A DNA stretch of 64,000 bases from Octopus sinensis (taxonomy: Eukaryota): contig NC_043000.1 in the NCBI RefSeq assembly GCF_006345805.1, positions 8,928,001 through 8,992,000 of the forward strand. The letters run 5' to 3'. Within the stretch, counting starts at the first letter, position 1. The number at the start of each line of letters is the position of its first letter. Positions 1-13,058 of the stretch are shown one piece after another. Both the position numbers and the translations under genes were made by a program. The notes beneath the pieces were generated by a model. It did not search any database and was not told where the DNA came from. It was given only the letters and a program-made list of their open reading frames with translations.

Positions 1-229
1 TTTATCTAAAGGATTAAATGAAGTTATCCATTTTTGCATGTTTCCAAAATTGCTAATATTTGTCTTCCACGTTGTAATTGCAACAATATTTCCTTTTCCG
101 TATTTTTAAATTCAGCCATTGTTTACATTACTTCCTACTAATTTTTAGACTAGACGAATCGCCAATATTATCCACATAGGCTTGCTGTTATATATAGGGT
201 AACAATACATATATTTCTAAATAAGCAAA

Positions 230-282
230 TAATAATAATAATATATAATAATAAATAATAATATAATAATAATAACAACAAC

Positions 283-314
<32 letters not shown>

Positions 315-418
315 TTAATATGTAGATAAATAATAATAATAATATAATAATAATATAATAATAATAATAATAATATAATAATAATAATAATAATAATACT
401 TATAATAATAATATAATA

Positions 419-449
<31 letters not shown>

Positions 450-479
450 ATAATAATAATAGCAATAATAATAATAATC

Positions 480-510
<31 letters not shown>

Positions 511-600
511 TAATATAATAATATAATAATATAATAATAATAATATAATAATTAATAATAATTATAATAATATAATAATAATAATAATAATAATAATAGC

Positions 601-631
<31 letters not shown>

Positions 632-668
632 TAATAATAATAATAAATAATAATAATAATAATAATAC

Positions 669-732
<64 letters not shown>

Positions 733-770
733 TCATAATAATAATAGCAATAATAATAATAATAATAATA
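230..770. repeat. (AAT)n microsatellite
   Basis: Imperfect AAT run read directly; source of the poly-I/Y/L ORF 188..841. Confidence 0.97.
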
Positions 771-909
771 AATGCCCTGATGCAGTACCAGGCAATGCCC
801 TGATGCAGTACCAGGCAATGCCCTGATGCAGTACCAGGCAATACCCTGATGCAGTACCAGTAAAATGCCCTGATGCAGTACCAGGCAATGCCCTGATGCA
901 GTACCAGGC
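771..909 (+). repeat. Six tandem copies of a 23-bp unit (AATGCCCTGATGCAGTACCAGGC)
   Basis: Head-to-tail, near-identical, no spacers; the last copy is the 5' end of the element at 887-1439. Confidence 0.95.
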
Positions 910-1439
910 AGAGGCTCTCATGGCTTCTGATCTTAACTGATTGGAAGTGTTATCATGTACATTGTTCTGTCTTGGTATAAAAGATGGGCTACAGCAATAT
1001 TCTGCTCAATACCACAGATTTGCTTGTCAGTTGTTTGACTTAACCAGTTAAGCATGTCCCCTATGGCTGACGATATGTGCATCTCTGATCACGAGCAGAA
1101 GTAGTGGGAGTGCATCATAGCCATGTGTTGAGAGGGATTCTTTGGGGTTTGAATAATTCATCTCTGGAGACATGGGTGGGTTTTCAACATCCTTAAACAA
1201 CCCTTATTCAGGGACCGTTTTGAGCGGGATGGGCTACTCACCTGAAGAAAATTCTAACTGGGCCCCACCTGCAAGGTCATGTGCAGTTTATCTTGATATG
1301 AGATCACCATGCCGCGCACATATGGTTGTGATGCATGTGCCTGGTGTGCCCTTATCAGACGGGTAGTCATGATGGGTATATTGGGCTTCGTATATTTTAC
1401 CCCAGTGTCACTTTGATGGCATGCTCTGCTCGCTCACTC
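887..1439 (+). mobile_element. ~550-bp non-coding interspersed element embedded in (AAT)n
   Basis: Collinear second copy at 46258-46791 and a diverged reverse fragment at ~33053-33215; both full copies end CACTC(AAT)n. Confidence 0.85.
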
Positions 1440-1547
1440 AATATAATAATAATAATATAATAATAATAATATAATAATAATAATAATAATATAATAATAA
1501 TTAATAATAATAATAGCATCATAATAATAATCATAATAATAATAGTC

Positions 1548-1605
<58 letters not shown>

Positions 1606-1730
1606 GTATAATAATAATCTAATAATAATAATCATAATAATATCATAAAATAATATCAATAATAATATAATCATAATAATAATAATAATATAATAAATAA
1701 TAATAAATAATAATAATAATAATATAATAA

Positions 1731-1771
<41 letters not shown>

Positions 1772-1807
1772 TAATAATATAATACTATAATAATACTACT
1801 AATAATA

Positions 1808-1842
<35 letters not shown>

Positions 1843-1865
1843 TAATAAATAATAATAATAAATAA
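1440..1865. repeat. (AAT)n microsatellite
   Basis: Direct reading. Confidence 0.97.
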
Positions 1866-1891
1866 AGAAATACCAATACTAGATGACTATA

Positions 1892-2100
1892 GGCGAGCTG
1901 TCAGAATGGTTAGAACGCCGGGCAAGATGCTTAGCGGCATTTCGTTCTTTATGTTCTGCGTTCAAATTCCGCTAAGGTCGACTTTGCCTTTCATTCTTTT
2001 TGGGGTCGATAAAATGAGTATCAGTTGAGCACCAGGTTCAATGTAACTGACTTACCCGCTTCCCTGAAATTATTGGCCTTCCTACAAAACTTGAAACCAA
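1892..2100 (+). mobile_element. tRNA-derived SINE, family A (Nin/Deu-domain-like core)
   Basis: A-box-like head, B box GTTCAAATTCC, core GACTTTGCCTTTCATtCTTT..GGGGTCGATAAAATGAGTA shared with >25 copies in the window. Confidence 0.85.
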
Positions 2101-3099
2101 TATTACATGAGTGTGCAACACTTGACAGCGAGGTAGGTAATTTCGGAAAAGCCAACAGTCCGATTCGTTTCCGATCGTGGGAATGTGCTAAGGACATATA
2201 TAAGCCAATTTCAATAATTCGTCTTTGCCGAGATATGTTAAAAAAAATTTTAAAAATTAAAAAAAATTATCAGAAAACATGTCGCTGAAATCCCGCTCAA
2301 AATTCTCAAGTATTAAACGAATAACAAAATCGACTCAACAACTTCGAACTTTACATAGAAAATTATGACTCTGGTACGGCCAAACAAACGGTGCAAATAA
2401 TTTGACTCAGGGTAGTATTGCTATTGACAATTTAATTGACTTCATTAAATTGTGTTTTTTCTTCTTTTTTTTTCATCTTTCATAGTAATGTCATAAAGGG
2501 ATGCATTGAAGAGCCGAGGCAGAAAGCTTTTCCAAGGTAGTCGTTTTACAGCTTAGAAATGTCGATTCTGATCTCATCAATGAGAAAATGTTAAAACAGT
2601 TTAAAATTGATAAAAGAGCGCAATTCAGATATGGTGGATGTTCACATCAGAATTGTATTCCTAAATTCACTGCAAAATACCTAAATACCAAATACCGCTT
2701 AAATGTTTCAGGTTTTCCATCAATGTGTAATTATTCTGTCATGTACAACTGACCAAGCTAATGGGATGTCTAATGGTGCACGTTTAGTTACTGAAAACAT
2801 TCTAGCAAAAAAACTATTAAGGTAAACAACATAACTGAAAGCCCTCATGACAAATATTAATTCTATTCATTCCGAGTGTTATGCTTCCTTTGAGAAATGT
2901 AGAGTTCCCAACTGTGTTATTCAGAAAACAATTTCTTGTTAGAGTAGCAATAGCAATAGAAAGTATCTTACAGGTATGCAAGCAATCCCAGTGAAAAAAA
3001 TGTTGTCACAAACTCTACGCAATCAGTACCTTATATGTATGACATCTGTAATATATAAATTCAGGTTTTAGCAGGGGAAAACAAGCATTTTCGTGAGCC

Positions 3100-4457
3100 A
3101 AATCTGTTTGAAACAGTATGTCTTGTTGGCTTATGTCAGCTTCATCATTACTATCGTCTGTTATAGCGATCTCTTCACTTTTTTATCAGTCTCATCGGTT
3201 GAGGCAATATTTTCAATATTTTTTTGGATAGAGAATGTCGATCACAGACAGATGTACGCAATGTGTGAGACATTGTTGGTGATCAGGTCTTATTTCTTTT
3301 CCGAATTTCACCATCATAGAAGTACCATCCGCCGTACAGCCAACAATGTGTATATACAAATCCAATCCAAATTCACGAGGATGTCCTCTCACAAATTGCT
3401 CTGTTCTCCTGCTATTAAGGGAGCCATGGATCTCAATAAGACCCAACGACCAATAATTGTCTTTCCCATGGACATTTATGTTCATATATCGTTTATTTTG
3501 AATTGATGTGTATTCATCCAATGTCAATGAGTAGCGAATCCCCAGCGCTATTTCTTTTTCGAAATAATGAATAAGTTCTTCTTTCTTGGTTATGTAATAA
3601 TTCTTTACCATATTCCTGACTCCAGTTGCAGTTGTTGGTTGTAATTTATCATATTTGCCTCTCTGACTATGAAGATTTCTCTGAATAAAATTGCGTTTGG
3701 CGATTAAATTGAAAGAGAATCCATCCATAGCAGCTAACTTTGAAACTTCTTCCATTGAGTTCTTTGTTAAAAAGTGTTCCATTGTTGTTGTCATTTTCAC
3801 AGGAGTTTGGTTTGCATCTTCATTTATGAATTTGATGAATTTTCTTCAAGTGCAAGATCAGAGACGTAGTAGAGCCTCCAGAAGACTTCATGATCTTATC
3901 ACACTTATTGCATTGAGCTTCATCTTTGTTTTTCCTATCGAAAAAATTCCAAACAGTTGATTTTCTTTTTATCACGCTAGGGCTAATGAAAATAATTAAG
4001 AAAAAATTTAATTAATGTTACTTCCTTAAAATGAATCGGGAACTGGTTATTACATATGCTCAACGGGAAAGATCACCTGACTGAAGACTAACAGCATCCC
4101 CTTAATTTGCTATGAATAAACTCTGTTACCTCCAAATTCAAAGAGTCAGCTAGGGGCTAGCGAAGGAAATGACAAGATGCTGATCTAAGGTTCAAGAGGA
4201 GAGAAGGTGAGAATTGATATGTTGCGATATGTTTCAATGAAACAGACAGCATTCTCAACTAAAGGCGACCGACAGTAGTTCAGTTAGTTCAGTTTTAACG
4301 ATATTTCTTCAAAAGGAAAAAATGGAGAAAAGTTTTGCGAAAAAAAAAAAAAGAAACAGCAAGCATTAAAATCGGTTTTGGCAAATCCGTTTCGGTTTTA
4401 CTGATCATAATATAAAACCGGTTTTAACCGGTTTTATATAACCGGTTTCGAGTCCTA
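3100..4457 (-). mobile_element. hAT-superfamily DNA transposon remnant (5' part)
   Basis: Contains the transposase remnant below; terminus TAGGACTCGAAACCGG with repeated AACCGGTT subterminal motifs at 4415-4457. Other end not found; left boundary approximate. Confidence 0.8.
3213..3960 (-). pseudogene. Frameshifted hAT transposase with N-terminal BED zinc finger
   Basis: 3832-3960 translates STVWNFFDRKNKDEAQCNKCDKIMKSSGGSTTSLILHLKKIH (BED finger); ORF 3213..3800 has YSLTLDEYTS (first Asp), TADG (second Asp) and CLTHCVHLSV (CxxH). Confidence 0.88.
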
Positions 4458-4480
4458 ATATATAACCGGTTTCGAGTTCT

Positions 4481-4710
4481 GCGGCGAGCTGGCAGAAACG
4501 TTAGCAGGCTGGGCGAAATGCGTAGCCGTATTTCGTCTGTCGTTACGTCGTGAGTTCAAATTCCGCCGAGGTCGACTTTGCCTTTCATCCTTTCGGGGTC
4601 GATAAATTAAGTACCAGTTACGCACTGGGGTCGATGTAATCGACTTAATCCGTTTGTCTGTCCTTGTTTGTCCCCTCTATGTTTAACCCCTTGTGGGCAA
4701 TAAAGAAATA
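4481..4710 (+). mobile_element. SINE family A, full length
   Basis: GCGGCGAGCTGGCAGAAACGTTAGC head, B box GAGTTCAAATTCC, core domain; near-identical to 26048-26281, 27462-27695, 32330-32557. Confidence 0.92.
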
Positions 4711-6131
4711 TATATATATATATATATATATATAGGAATGAAAATTTATATATAAAGAACGTGAAATACACGAAGGGACGAACACGGAAAGCAGACAAGT
4801 CATTCGAAGCCTTCAATCTTCAGTCAGAAACCGAATCATCATGGCAAATTTCGGCTGATTAATTCTGATATTTGCTCCAACTCGGCCAACCCCAAGGAAA
4901 AAACTAAGCTGTGGGCATTAGATTTCTTGGTAGAAGGAAAGAATGTAAACGCAACAGAGACGAATATAAATACAAGAAACGAAAACAAAATTGAAAACAA
5001 TAATGGTTAAAAACAGGATAACAGCGGGTGTCTTACGACTTTAGACAAAATGAGACAAAATAAAGGTAAGATCCAAGGATCAAAGTATAGGAGGTCAATG
5101 CGTTCAAGCAATCTGTAGAAGATAAATTTACTATTTCCGAGGTCCCGCTATCTATAAACCATATGTAGCTTGGATTTTATCTACTCTGTGTGTGTGTGAG
5201 TGTATTGATCAAAGTGTACACTATTATATACCGATAACGACCGATCTTACCAGTCAGTTAGATAACAACACGGTCAAGTATCACCACACGCTCTTCAGAT
5301 CAGCGCTTAACCGTGCTGTTATGTAATACCCAGTGCGAAACCGATTGCTTTAGATCAGTCTCTGTATCAACCAAACTACCATTGCTGTTAAACTCCGCTG
5401 ACCACAATACGTTTCCTCGCATTGTTTTAGCTTTCGAAAGATACCACCCCGCTGGTTAGGCAAGCAGGCAGGCCAATATTCTTCCTGAACGGAATACCAT
5501 TCCGTCGCATGGTTACCCTTTTGCAGCTGAGCGGACTGGAGTTATCTAAAATCAAATGTTTTGCCCCAGAACACAAAGTACTGCCGAGATGGGAATCGAA
5601 ACCACGATTACGAGATCATGAGTGCAACATCCTTAACCACTGAGTCATGCACCTTTACCACACACACACACACACACATTGCGATTCACATGTTTGGTTC
5701 GATGACAGCTAAATTTTCTTGTACCTTACCGTATATAACACGCACATTGTTTCTTCACTCTTAGATTTTAATGTTTACGGTTTTTTTTTAAATCCTACAT
5801 CAGAAAAATTTTTACGCACATCTATAAACTCCATCAGATGAGCTTTCCGTATTCAGCTGAGGTTATTTTGCCAAAGTTATGACTTGTTTATTTTTTTATG
5901 CCTAAACGCTGTTTTATGGTAAGTATAGATTCGTGTGTATGTCTGTGTATGTGTGTGTGTGTCTGTGTATGTGTGTGTGTATGTGTGTGTAACGTGTTTT
6001 TTGAGCGTGTAGGATGTATTTCAGCATTGTTGTGGTGTTTACATATATTAAAAGAGTATATGTGTGCTTGCTTGTGCGTATGTGAACATATATATCTGTG
6101 TTTTGTGTTTCATGTTAGCAAGAAGACAAAC

Positions 6132-6132
<1 letters not shown>

Positions 6133-6198
<66 letters not shown>

Positions 6199-6230
6199 CA
6201 GACAGATAATATAGATAGATAGAAGATAGA

Positions 6231-6321
<91 letters not shown>

Positions 6322-6332
6322 TATAGATAGAT
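6133..6332. repeat. (GATA)n microsatellite
   Basis: Direct reading; similar tracts at ~6560-6642, ~21465-21680. Confidence 0.95.
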
Positions 6333-6558
6333 AGTGAGAGAAACAGACAATAAAATATACAGAAGAGTTGATAGTTAAAGGTCTTTTTTCGTTTGTTCTT
6401 TTTTAAATTTCGGAAAGTTTTGGAAAAGTTGTAGCTGGTGTCTAATATTTCTTCACTGAAGATTTTTGCTGGTTCCTAACTATAAAATCAGTGTAAGGAA
6501 CACATTTCAATGAAGAAAAAGGCAAGAATATCTTGAAATCTTTTCTAAAGCTTACTAC

Positions 6559-6611
<53 letters not shown>

Positions 6612-6781
6612 GACTATCTATCTATCTATCTATCTATCTATCAGATTCTCTCTTTATCTCCCTTTATATACATATATAAGTATGTGTGTGTGTATATATT
6701 TATATGTATGTATGAACGTATGTATATATATCCATACATACATATATATATACTTATATATATATATACATACTTATATAT

Positions 6782-6812
<31 letters not shown>

Positions 6813-7364
6813 ATATATAATATATATCTATATATATATATATATATATATAAATTACTTGTCACCATGCATACAAACGCACCCACTAACACACATAAGT
6901 ACATTCAAATGCATACGTCAGCGCTCACTACAACAACCACACCAACTACTCCATGTACACGCACCAAAATATTTAGCAACGTTTGGCAATACATAATAAG
7001 GCAGATTTAACTTCGGTAAAACAAATGCAGCTGAATATGAAAAAGCGAAGCGATGAGGCTACAAATGTATAAGGGAAATAATCTGCGGGAAAAACAAAAG
7101 ATTATGAACCAAAAAAAAACTGAATAATGTAAAGGAACACTGCATGTGTTATATATCAGGAGGTACCGAGGAGTGCAAGAAATTTTAACGAAAGTATATG
7201 TGCATATGTGTGTTTGCGAGTGTGTGCACAGGCGAGTGTGAGTGTGTGTGTGTGTGTGGTGTGTGTGCGCGCGCGGGCGAGTGTGTGTGCGCGTGTGTGT
7301 ATTCATATCTAAGTATTTATGTATATATATATATATATATGTATTTTATTTTTTCTATGTATTT

Positions 7365-7422
<58 letters not shown>

Positions 7423-7451
7423 CATGTATACATATGTGGTGTATATATATG

Positions 7452-7483
<32 letters not shown>

Positions 7484-7607
7484 ATATATAATATATATAT
7501 ATGTATATATTTGTATGTATATAATATAATATATGTATATATATATGTATGTATGTATATATACATATATATATATATAATATATATATATATATTATAT
7601 ATTATAT

Positions 7608-7649
<42 letters not shown>

Positions 7650-7900
7650 TATAATAAGTTAAAAACATGTCATGAGTGTAAGAGCAAACGGGAAATAGGC
7701 ACAGATGGTCACCGAATCCTCATCACGTATACGCATGCGTGTATATGTATGTATCTAAGAAGATTTTTGTAAGCCAGAAAAAAAGAACAGGTTCGTGTAT
7801 TAGGTAACAGAATGGTTATAGTATTTATACAGTATAATACTGTAGAATATAACACACATACACACGCGCGCGCACACACATATGCGCATGAGCTTATATA

Positions 7901-8032
7901 GGTGCATGCGTGGTAGTGTGCTAAGAAGTTTTCTTTCCAGTCACATGGTTCCGGGTTCAGTTCCACTGTATGGCACCTTGGGCAATTGTGAGCGGATTTG
8001 GTAAATGGAAATAGAAAGAAGTTCGTCGTACG

Positions 8033-8110
<78 letters not shown>

Positions 8111-8328
8111 TGCGTGTGTGTGTGTTCGTTTGCGTCTCTGCCTGTCAGCCACCACCGCTTGTTTACCGGTGTTGATATGTTTGCGTCCCGTAACCCAGGG
8201 ATTTGGTAAAAGAGTGAGATAGAATAAGCACGAGGCTTTAAAAAAGTACTGGGATCGATTCATTCGACTAAAATTCATCTAGGTGGTGTCCCAGTATGGC
8301 TGCAGGCGAATGATAACCTAGTTAAAGA
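7901..8328 (+). mobile_element. tRNA-derived SINE, family B (internal (GT)n)
   Basis: Head GGTTCCGGGTTCAGTTCCAC, GGCACCTTGGGCAA motif, internal (GT)n, 3' part shared with 26319-26690, 36258-36661, 47886-48234. Confidence 0.85.
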
Positions 8329-8543
8329 TATTTATTAATATATATATAATAGAAATATGTTACAAAAAGAAAATAGAAACTACACGTGGAAATGTAAGGG
8401 GAAAGTAGGAAGAAAAATAAGCGAAAATGCAGATTGGAAAAAATTAAAGGCTTTTTATGTAACGATAGATATATACAATTAGATGAACTGAGGAAGGAAT
8501 AAAAGTAATAAAAGTCATTATTGTGAATTGTTAAAGAGATTCA

Positions 8544-8582
8544 AAAGCATACTGGTTTCGTGAATTTACTAATCATTGCTTT
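8544..8582 (-). ncRNA. Decayed minimal type-I hammerhead ribozyme
   Basis: Minus strand AAAGCA-aTGATtA-GTAAATTCAC-GAAAC-CA-GTA^TGCTTT: 6-bp stem I, GAAA and GUA triplet present; two substitutions in CUGAUGA. Confidence 0.5.
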
Positions 8583-8734
8583 CAATGCACACCGATTAAT
8601 GAACGGTGTCAGGTCTACTAGTCCGTGAGTAAAATGATTATGTGTAAGGGAGGTAACTGTTATAAATGACATCTCCGCAAATCATTTTCCCGTGAATTAT
8701 TTGTTCCGTATATATATATATATATATATATATT

Positions 8735-9048
8735 TTTACTGGTTTCAGTGATTTGACTGTAGCCATACTGGAGTACCGTCTTCAGGGGCTTTAGTCAAAC
8801 CCAAGCATTTTTTTAAAGTTTAGTACTTATTCTATCGGTCATTCTCGCCGAACCGCCAAGTTACGAGGACCCAAACACACCAACACAGGTTTTCAAGCGC
8901 TGATGGGGTGGGGGACCAAGTTTCCATCAACCAAATCGACGCACAGGGCTTTTTATTGGCCCGAGGCTATAGCAGAAGACACTTGCTGTGGGACTGAACC
9001 CAGAACCATGTTGTTGAGAAGCAAGCTCCTTACCACACAGCCATGCCT
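8735..9048 (-). mobile_element. SINE family B, internally deleted
   Basis: Reverse-complement similarity to family B copies. Confidence 0.8.
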
Positions 9049-9111
9049 GTATGTATGTATGTATGTATGTATGTATGTATGTATGTATGTATGTATGTAT
9101 GTATGTATATA

Positions 9112-9165
<54 letters not shown>

Positions 9166-9188
9166 CATACTATATACATACATATATA

Positions 9189-9225
<37 letters not shown>

Positions 9226-10019
9226 TATATATAAGGCGCAAATATTTATATAGTGAGAAGAAAGAGAGAGAGAGAGAGAGAGAGAAGAAGAAGAAGAAGA
9301 AGAAGAGAAGAAGAAGAAGAAGAAGAAGAAGAAGAAGAAGAAGAAGAGAAGAAGAAGAGAAGAAGAAGAAGAAGAAGCACCTATGCCAATAACACCTGTC
9401 TGTTACTTTTATTTATCCACATCTGAGTGGATACATGGCAAATATGACCTCCATGGTGTTCGAATTTGGAATGCAAAAACCGCCCTATGATGTTGATATA
9501 ATTAATAAATACCGATTTCAAGCTGAAGCAAATGACCACACACAATAGAGTACAGAGGGCTTCCAGTTGAATATACTGATCCCAGTGATTTTTTTATATT
9601 GTTATATTTAACCAACAGAAGTTACAAAATGACTCTAAGCCCGAAATTCTTATGCGCCAGCTACATATATGTATGTAAAATTTGTCCTTGCTTTATCAAC
9701 CTCAAATACAGAAAGACACATTCGACTTTGGAAAGACTTGAACCGACAACATAAAAGTTTATAAGAATATCAAATCAAAACGTTGTCAAAGCATTTCTCA
9801 GGTTGGAACAAATGTTTGTTGTTTTCCTTTCTTTGTTTTTATTTTCATACTAATTTTCCCCATTCATGTCAGTGCGTCACTTTCAACCATTCCGAAATAG
9901 AATTAAATATTGTAACTTGCATTCAATACTGTAACTTATGTGATGTCTCACTCGACCAATTCTGTCACTTCACCATTTCTAATAAACGTATTCCTAATAA
10001 CGGTTTCTAATGAAATCTC

Positions 10020-10580
10020 AAGGCCAGCAATGTTGAGGAGAGGGTTTCGAGATCAGTACCAGATCGCCATGTTTATTATTGATTTCAAGGGGATGAAAGG
10101 CAAAGTTCAACAGCGGGATCTGAACTCAATGCTTAAGGGGCTGAAAGATAGGGGGTTTTTTTCCGACGCTCTGGCGATTCCGCCATCTCTCATCCCTAAA
10201 AAGTATCCACTTAACAACTCTTTCTATTATAGGCCCTGAAATTTTGGAGGAAAAGTATTGTCGATTTCCTTGGTGGCATTTGAACTCAGAACGTAAAGAG
10301 CCAAAAGATATACCGCTTTGCATTTTTTTTCAGGGGTGGTAATGATTCTACCAGCTCACCAACTTCTATGGCACCAAATTTTGGCACTAGGCCAGCAATG
10401 TTAGGAGGAGGGGCTTTTCGATTACATTGACTCCAGTACTTGTCTGGTGCTTTATTTCATCGTCCCGAAAAGATGAATGCAAAGTTGGTCCTGGCAGGAT
10501 ATGAACTCAGAACGTGTAAAAAAACAATTAGTGAGTGAAATGCTGATGTCCTTAACGTGTCTGCCAGCTCGTCACCTTTC
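10020..10580 (-). mobile_element. Three diverged tandem SINE family A copies
   Basis: Three repeats of AGGCC...AAAG..GAACTCA..TGCCAGCTC-type blocks. Confidence 0.7.
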
Positions 10581-11154
10581 AAACGTAACTTAAATAACCT
10601 CATTGTTTTTATATTATCATAATGATGAGCGTATTACAATTTTATTGTCCATCTTTAGTCAAGTGGAAAAACCAGTACCACTGTTGATGATCTGTCTTGT
10701 GGAGGAGACGGTTTAGAATTCCATTCAGACCAGTTCACTCTTGATATTTGCTACTTTAATTGCGGTTCTGACATCGAAAAACAAAGTCATTGTTGCGTTG
10801 CCTCATCAATTTCCGATAGATTCGTCCTCGTAACGCTGTAGAATTTATATTTATTACAAATACAACAGATATAGATTAAAGCAATTTCTTGTTCATTCAT
10901 CCTTCGATTCATTTTTGTAAATCCATTATGCGAAGTATTTCCTGAAAGCGAAGGGAATGAGAGATGTTGGTTTTAATATGATTATGTGATTAGTAACAAG
11001 TAAAAAGTACTACAGAGATGTATGAATTGTTGCTGTCCGACGTAGCTTGGCAGGGCGAAAGATTTTACTGTTTATATATGTACGTACATATATGTATTAT
11101 GTATGTATATATGTATGTATGTACGTGTGTTTGTATGTGTGCATATATATATAT

Positions 11155-11186
<32 letters not shown>

Positions 11187-11450
11187 GGGAGTAGTGAAGT
11201 TAGACAGATAGATAGAGCATACATAGTTATAGAAACTCACACTTATATATATATGTATATACAAATGTTCGTTTGTATATACACAAACATTTAGTATGTA
11301 TGTATACACCCACATATATATATGACATTGTAAAACTATACATATACATATATGCATGTGTGGTTGTATGTGTATAAATGATTATATATGCGTGTGTATC
11401 GTTGGCGATTTTCTTTCTCCGTCTTCCCTTCCTTGGACCTTTGCTTTTTA

Positions 11451-11490
11451 TTTATTCCTGACGAAGAGCTCCGCTCGAAACGTTAAGTCC
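11451..11490 (+). ncRNA. Hammerhead-like motif, stem I not recognisable
   Basis: CTGACGA (11458-64), A, GAGC-TCC-GCTC hairpin, GAAACGTT; sits in a ~190-bp pyrimidine-rich unit between TA-rich tracts. Confidence 0.45.
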
Positions 11491-11626
11491 TCCTTCTTTC
11501 TTTCCTTTCCTGAGCGTCCAATAACACTATATTTGTTCGACGTCCTCGCGTTGCTGTGTTTTCTCTTTGTTCATGTTTGGATTTTTACTGCATATATATG
11601 TGTGTGTATACATATTATACATACAT

Positions 11627-11693
<67 letters not shown>

Positions 11694-11695
<2 letters not shown>

Positions 11696-12566
11696 GGGTG
11701 CGGTGAATATTTTGTCGTCTAAATTACGCAGAAATGAAAATAACACCGACATCTCATTTTAACAGATATATTTACCATAATTCCATAAAAATATCTTGAA
11801 ATACAAAAGAGTAAATTTATTCAATAAAATCGCCACTGGCTTCAACAAGAGCCTCTAGACTACTTCGGAATCTCCTGCAACTCTTCTGGACTGTCTCCTT
11901 GTTTAAGTTGGTGAATGCTGCCATAACCTTTGCCTTCAGTTCATCGTTGGTGTTACAAAGAGTTTTGCTAGTCTCTCGCTCAACTGCATCGCACACATAA
12001 TAATCAAGGGGGTTAGCTGGCCAGACGTTAGGGGTGATGTGGTCGCAGAAATTGTCTGACAGCCATGACTGGGTTGTTGTGCTTGTGTGGCATGGTTCAG
12101 AGTCCTGTTACTAGACATAGGCTGTACCAGCGGCCACCCTCTTTACACAGAGCAGCACTACCTATTCCAAGCACTTCATGTAGGCCTCCGTGTTGAGTCT
12201 GAAGCCGTGTGGGAAGAGAATGGAGGCATCATGTCGCTATCACTAGTGATCATTCCAAACACCACGATGTTGACTGGATGTTTGATTTTTATTGCTCTCG
12301 GTACGTGTTTTGGGGACACGACAAGCCAACGTTTCTTCTGTGTGATCACCGTCTATTCGTACTGGAGCTTCCGGCGCGAATGCCAAGTAGTACAGCATAT
12401 TGTTTCCAAATTTCTGGAAGAGTGAATTGCGTCATGATGCTGCTTTTCTCACAGACGGTGCTTAACTGACCCTACTATGCTGTGTTGTCGACAAAATCAA
12501 AAACAAACCGTGCGCATACGCGAAATTGAAAATATAAAATGGCTACAATTTATCCATCGCACCCTG
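11694..12566 (-). mobile_element. Internally deleted Tc1/mariner element (maT/DD37D-like)
   Basis: TIRs CAGGGTGCG.../...CGCACCCTG followed by TA; minus strand reads ...NPLDYYVCDAVERETSKTLCNTNDELKAKVMAAF...LEALVEASGDFIE*. Confidence 0.82.
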
Positions 12567-12669
12567 TATGTATGCACTCACATATATAATTGTGTGTGTA
12601 TATATATGTGGTGTGTGTGTGTGTATATGCATATATATATATATATACATATATATCTGTGCATGTGAC

Positions 12670-12703
<34 letters not shown>

Positions 12704-12712
12704 GAAAGAGAA

Positions 12713-12747
<35 letters not shown>

Positions 12748-12807
12748 AAGATAGATAGATAACAGAATGATATACTGGAAAGAAATCCGATAAGTCAAAA
12801 TCCATTT

Positions 12808-12850
<43 letters not shown>

Positions 12851-12858
12851 TAATAATA

Positions 12859-12895
<37 letters not shown>

Positions 12896-12896
12896 C

Positions 12897-13058
12897 TTTT
12901 CCACTCTAGGAACACGGCCCGAATTTTTTGGGAGAGAGGACCAACTGGTACTTATTTAATCAACCCCGAAAGGATGAAAGGCAAAATCGACCTCGGCGGA
13001 ATTTGAACTCAGAAGGTAGCGACAGGCAAAATACCGCAAAGCATCTCGTCCAGCGTGT
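12897..13058 (-). mobile_element. SINE family A next to (AAT)n
   Basis: GGATGAAAGGCAAAATCGACCTCGGCGGAATTTGAACTCAG. Confidence 0.85.

Noticed and set aside
24-119. Minus-strand ATG ORF MAEFKNTEKEILLQ..
   Set aside because: Stops after 31 codons, with no clear donor site or recognisable homology.
771-909. CRISPR-like array
   Set aside because: Repeats are contiguous with no spacers, there are no cas genes, and the context is eukaryotic. The same applies to 24586-24769.
4481-4570. tRNA genes suggested by A/B boxes
   Set aside because: All are heads of multi-copy SINEs; no cloverleaf seen.
4800-4900. Minus-strand hammerhead-like pieces (stem + GAAA, then CTGAAGA)
   Set aside because: Could not assemble a correctly ordered core with stems I and III.
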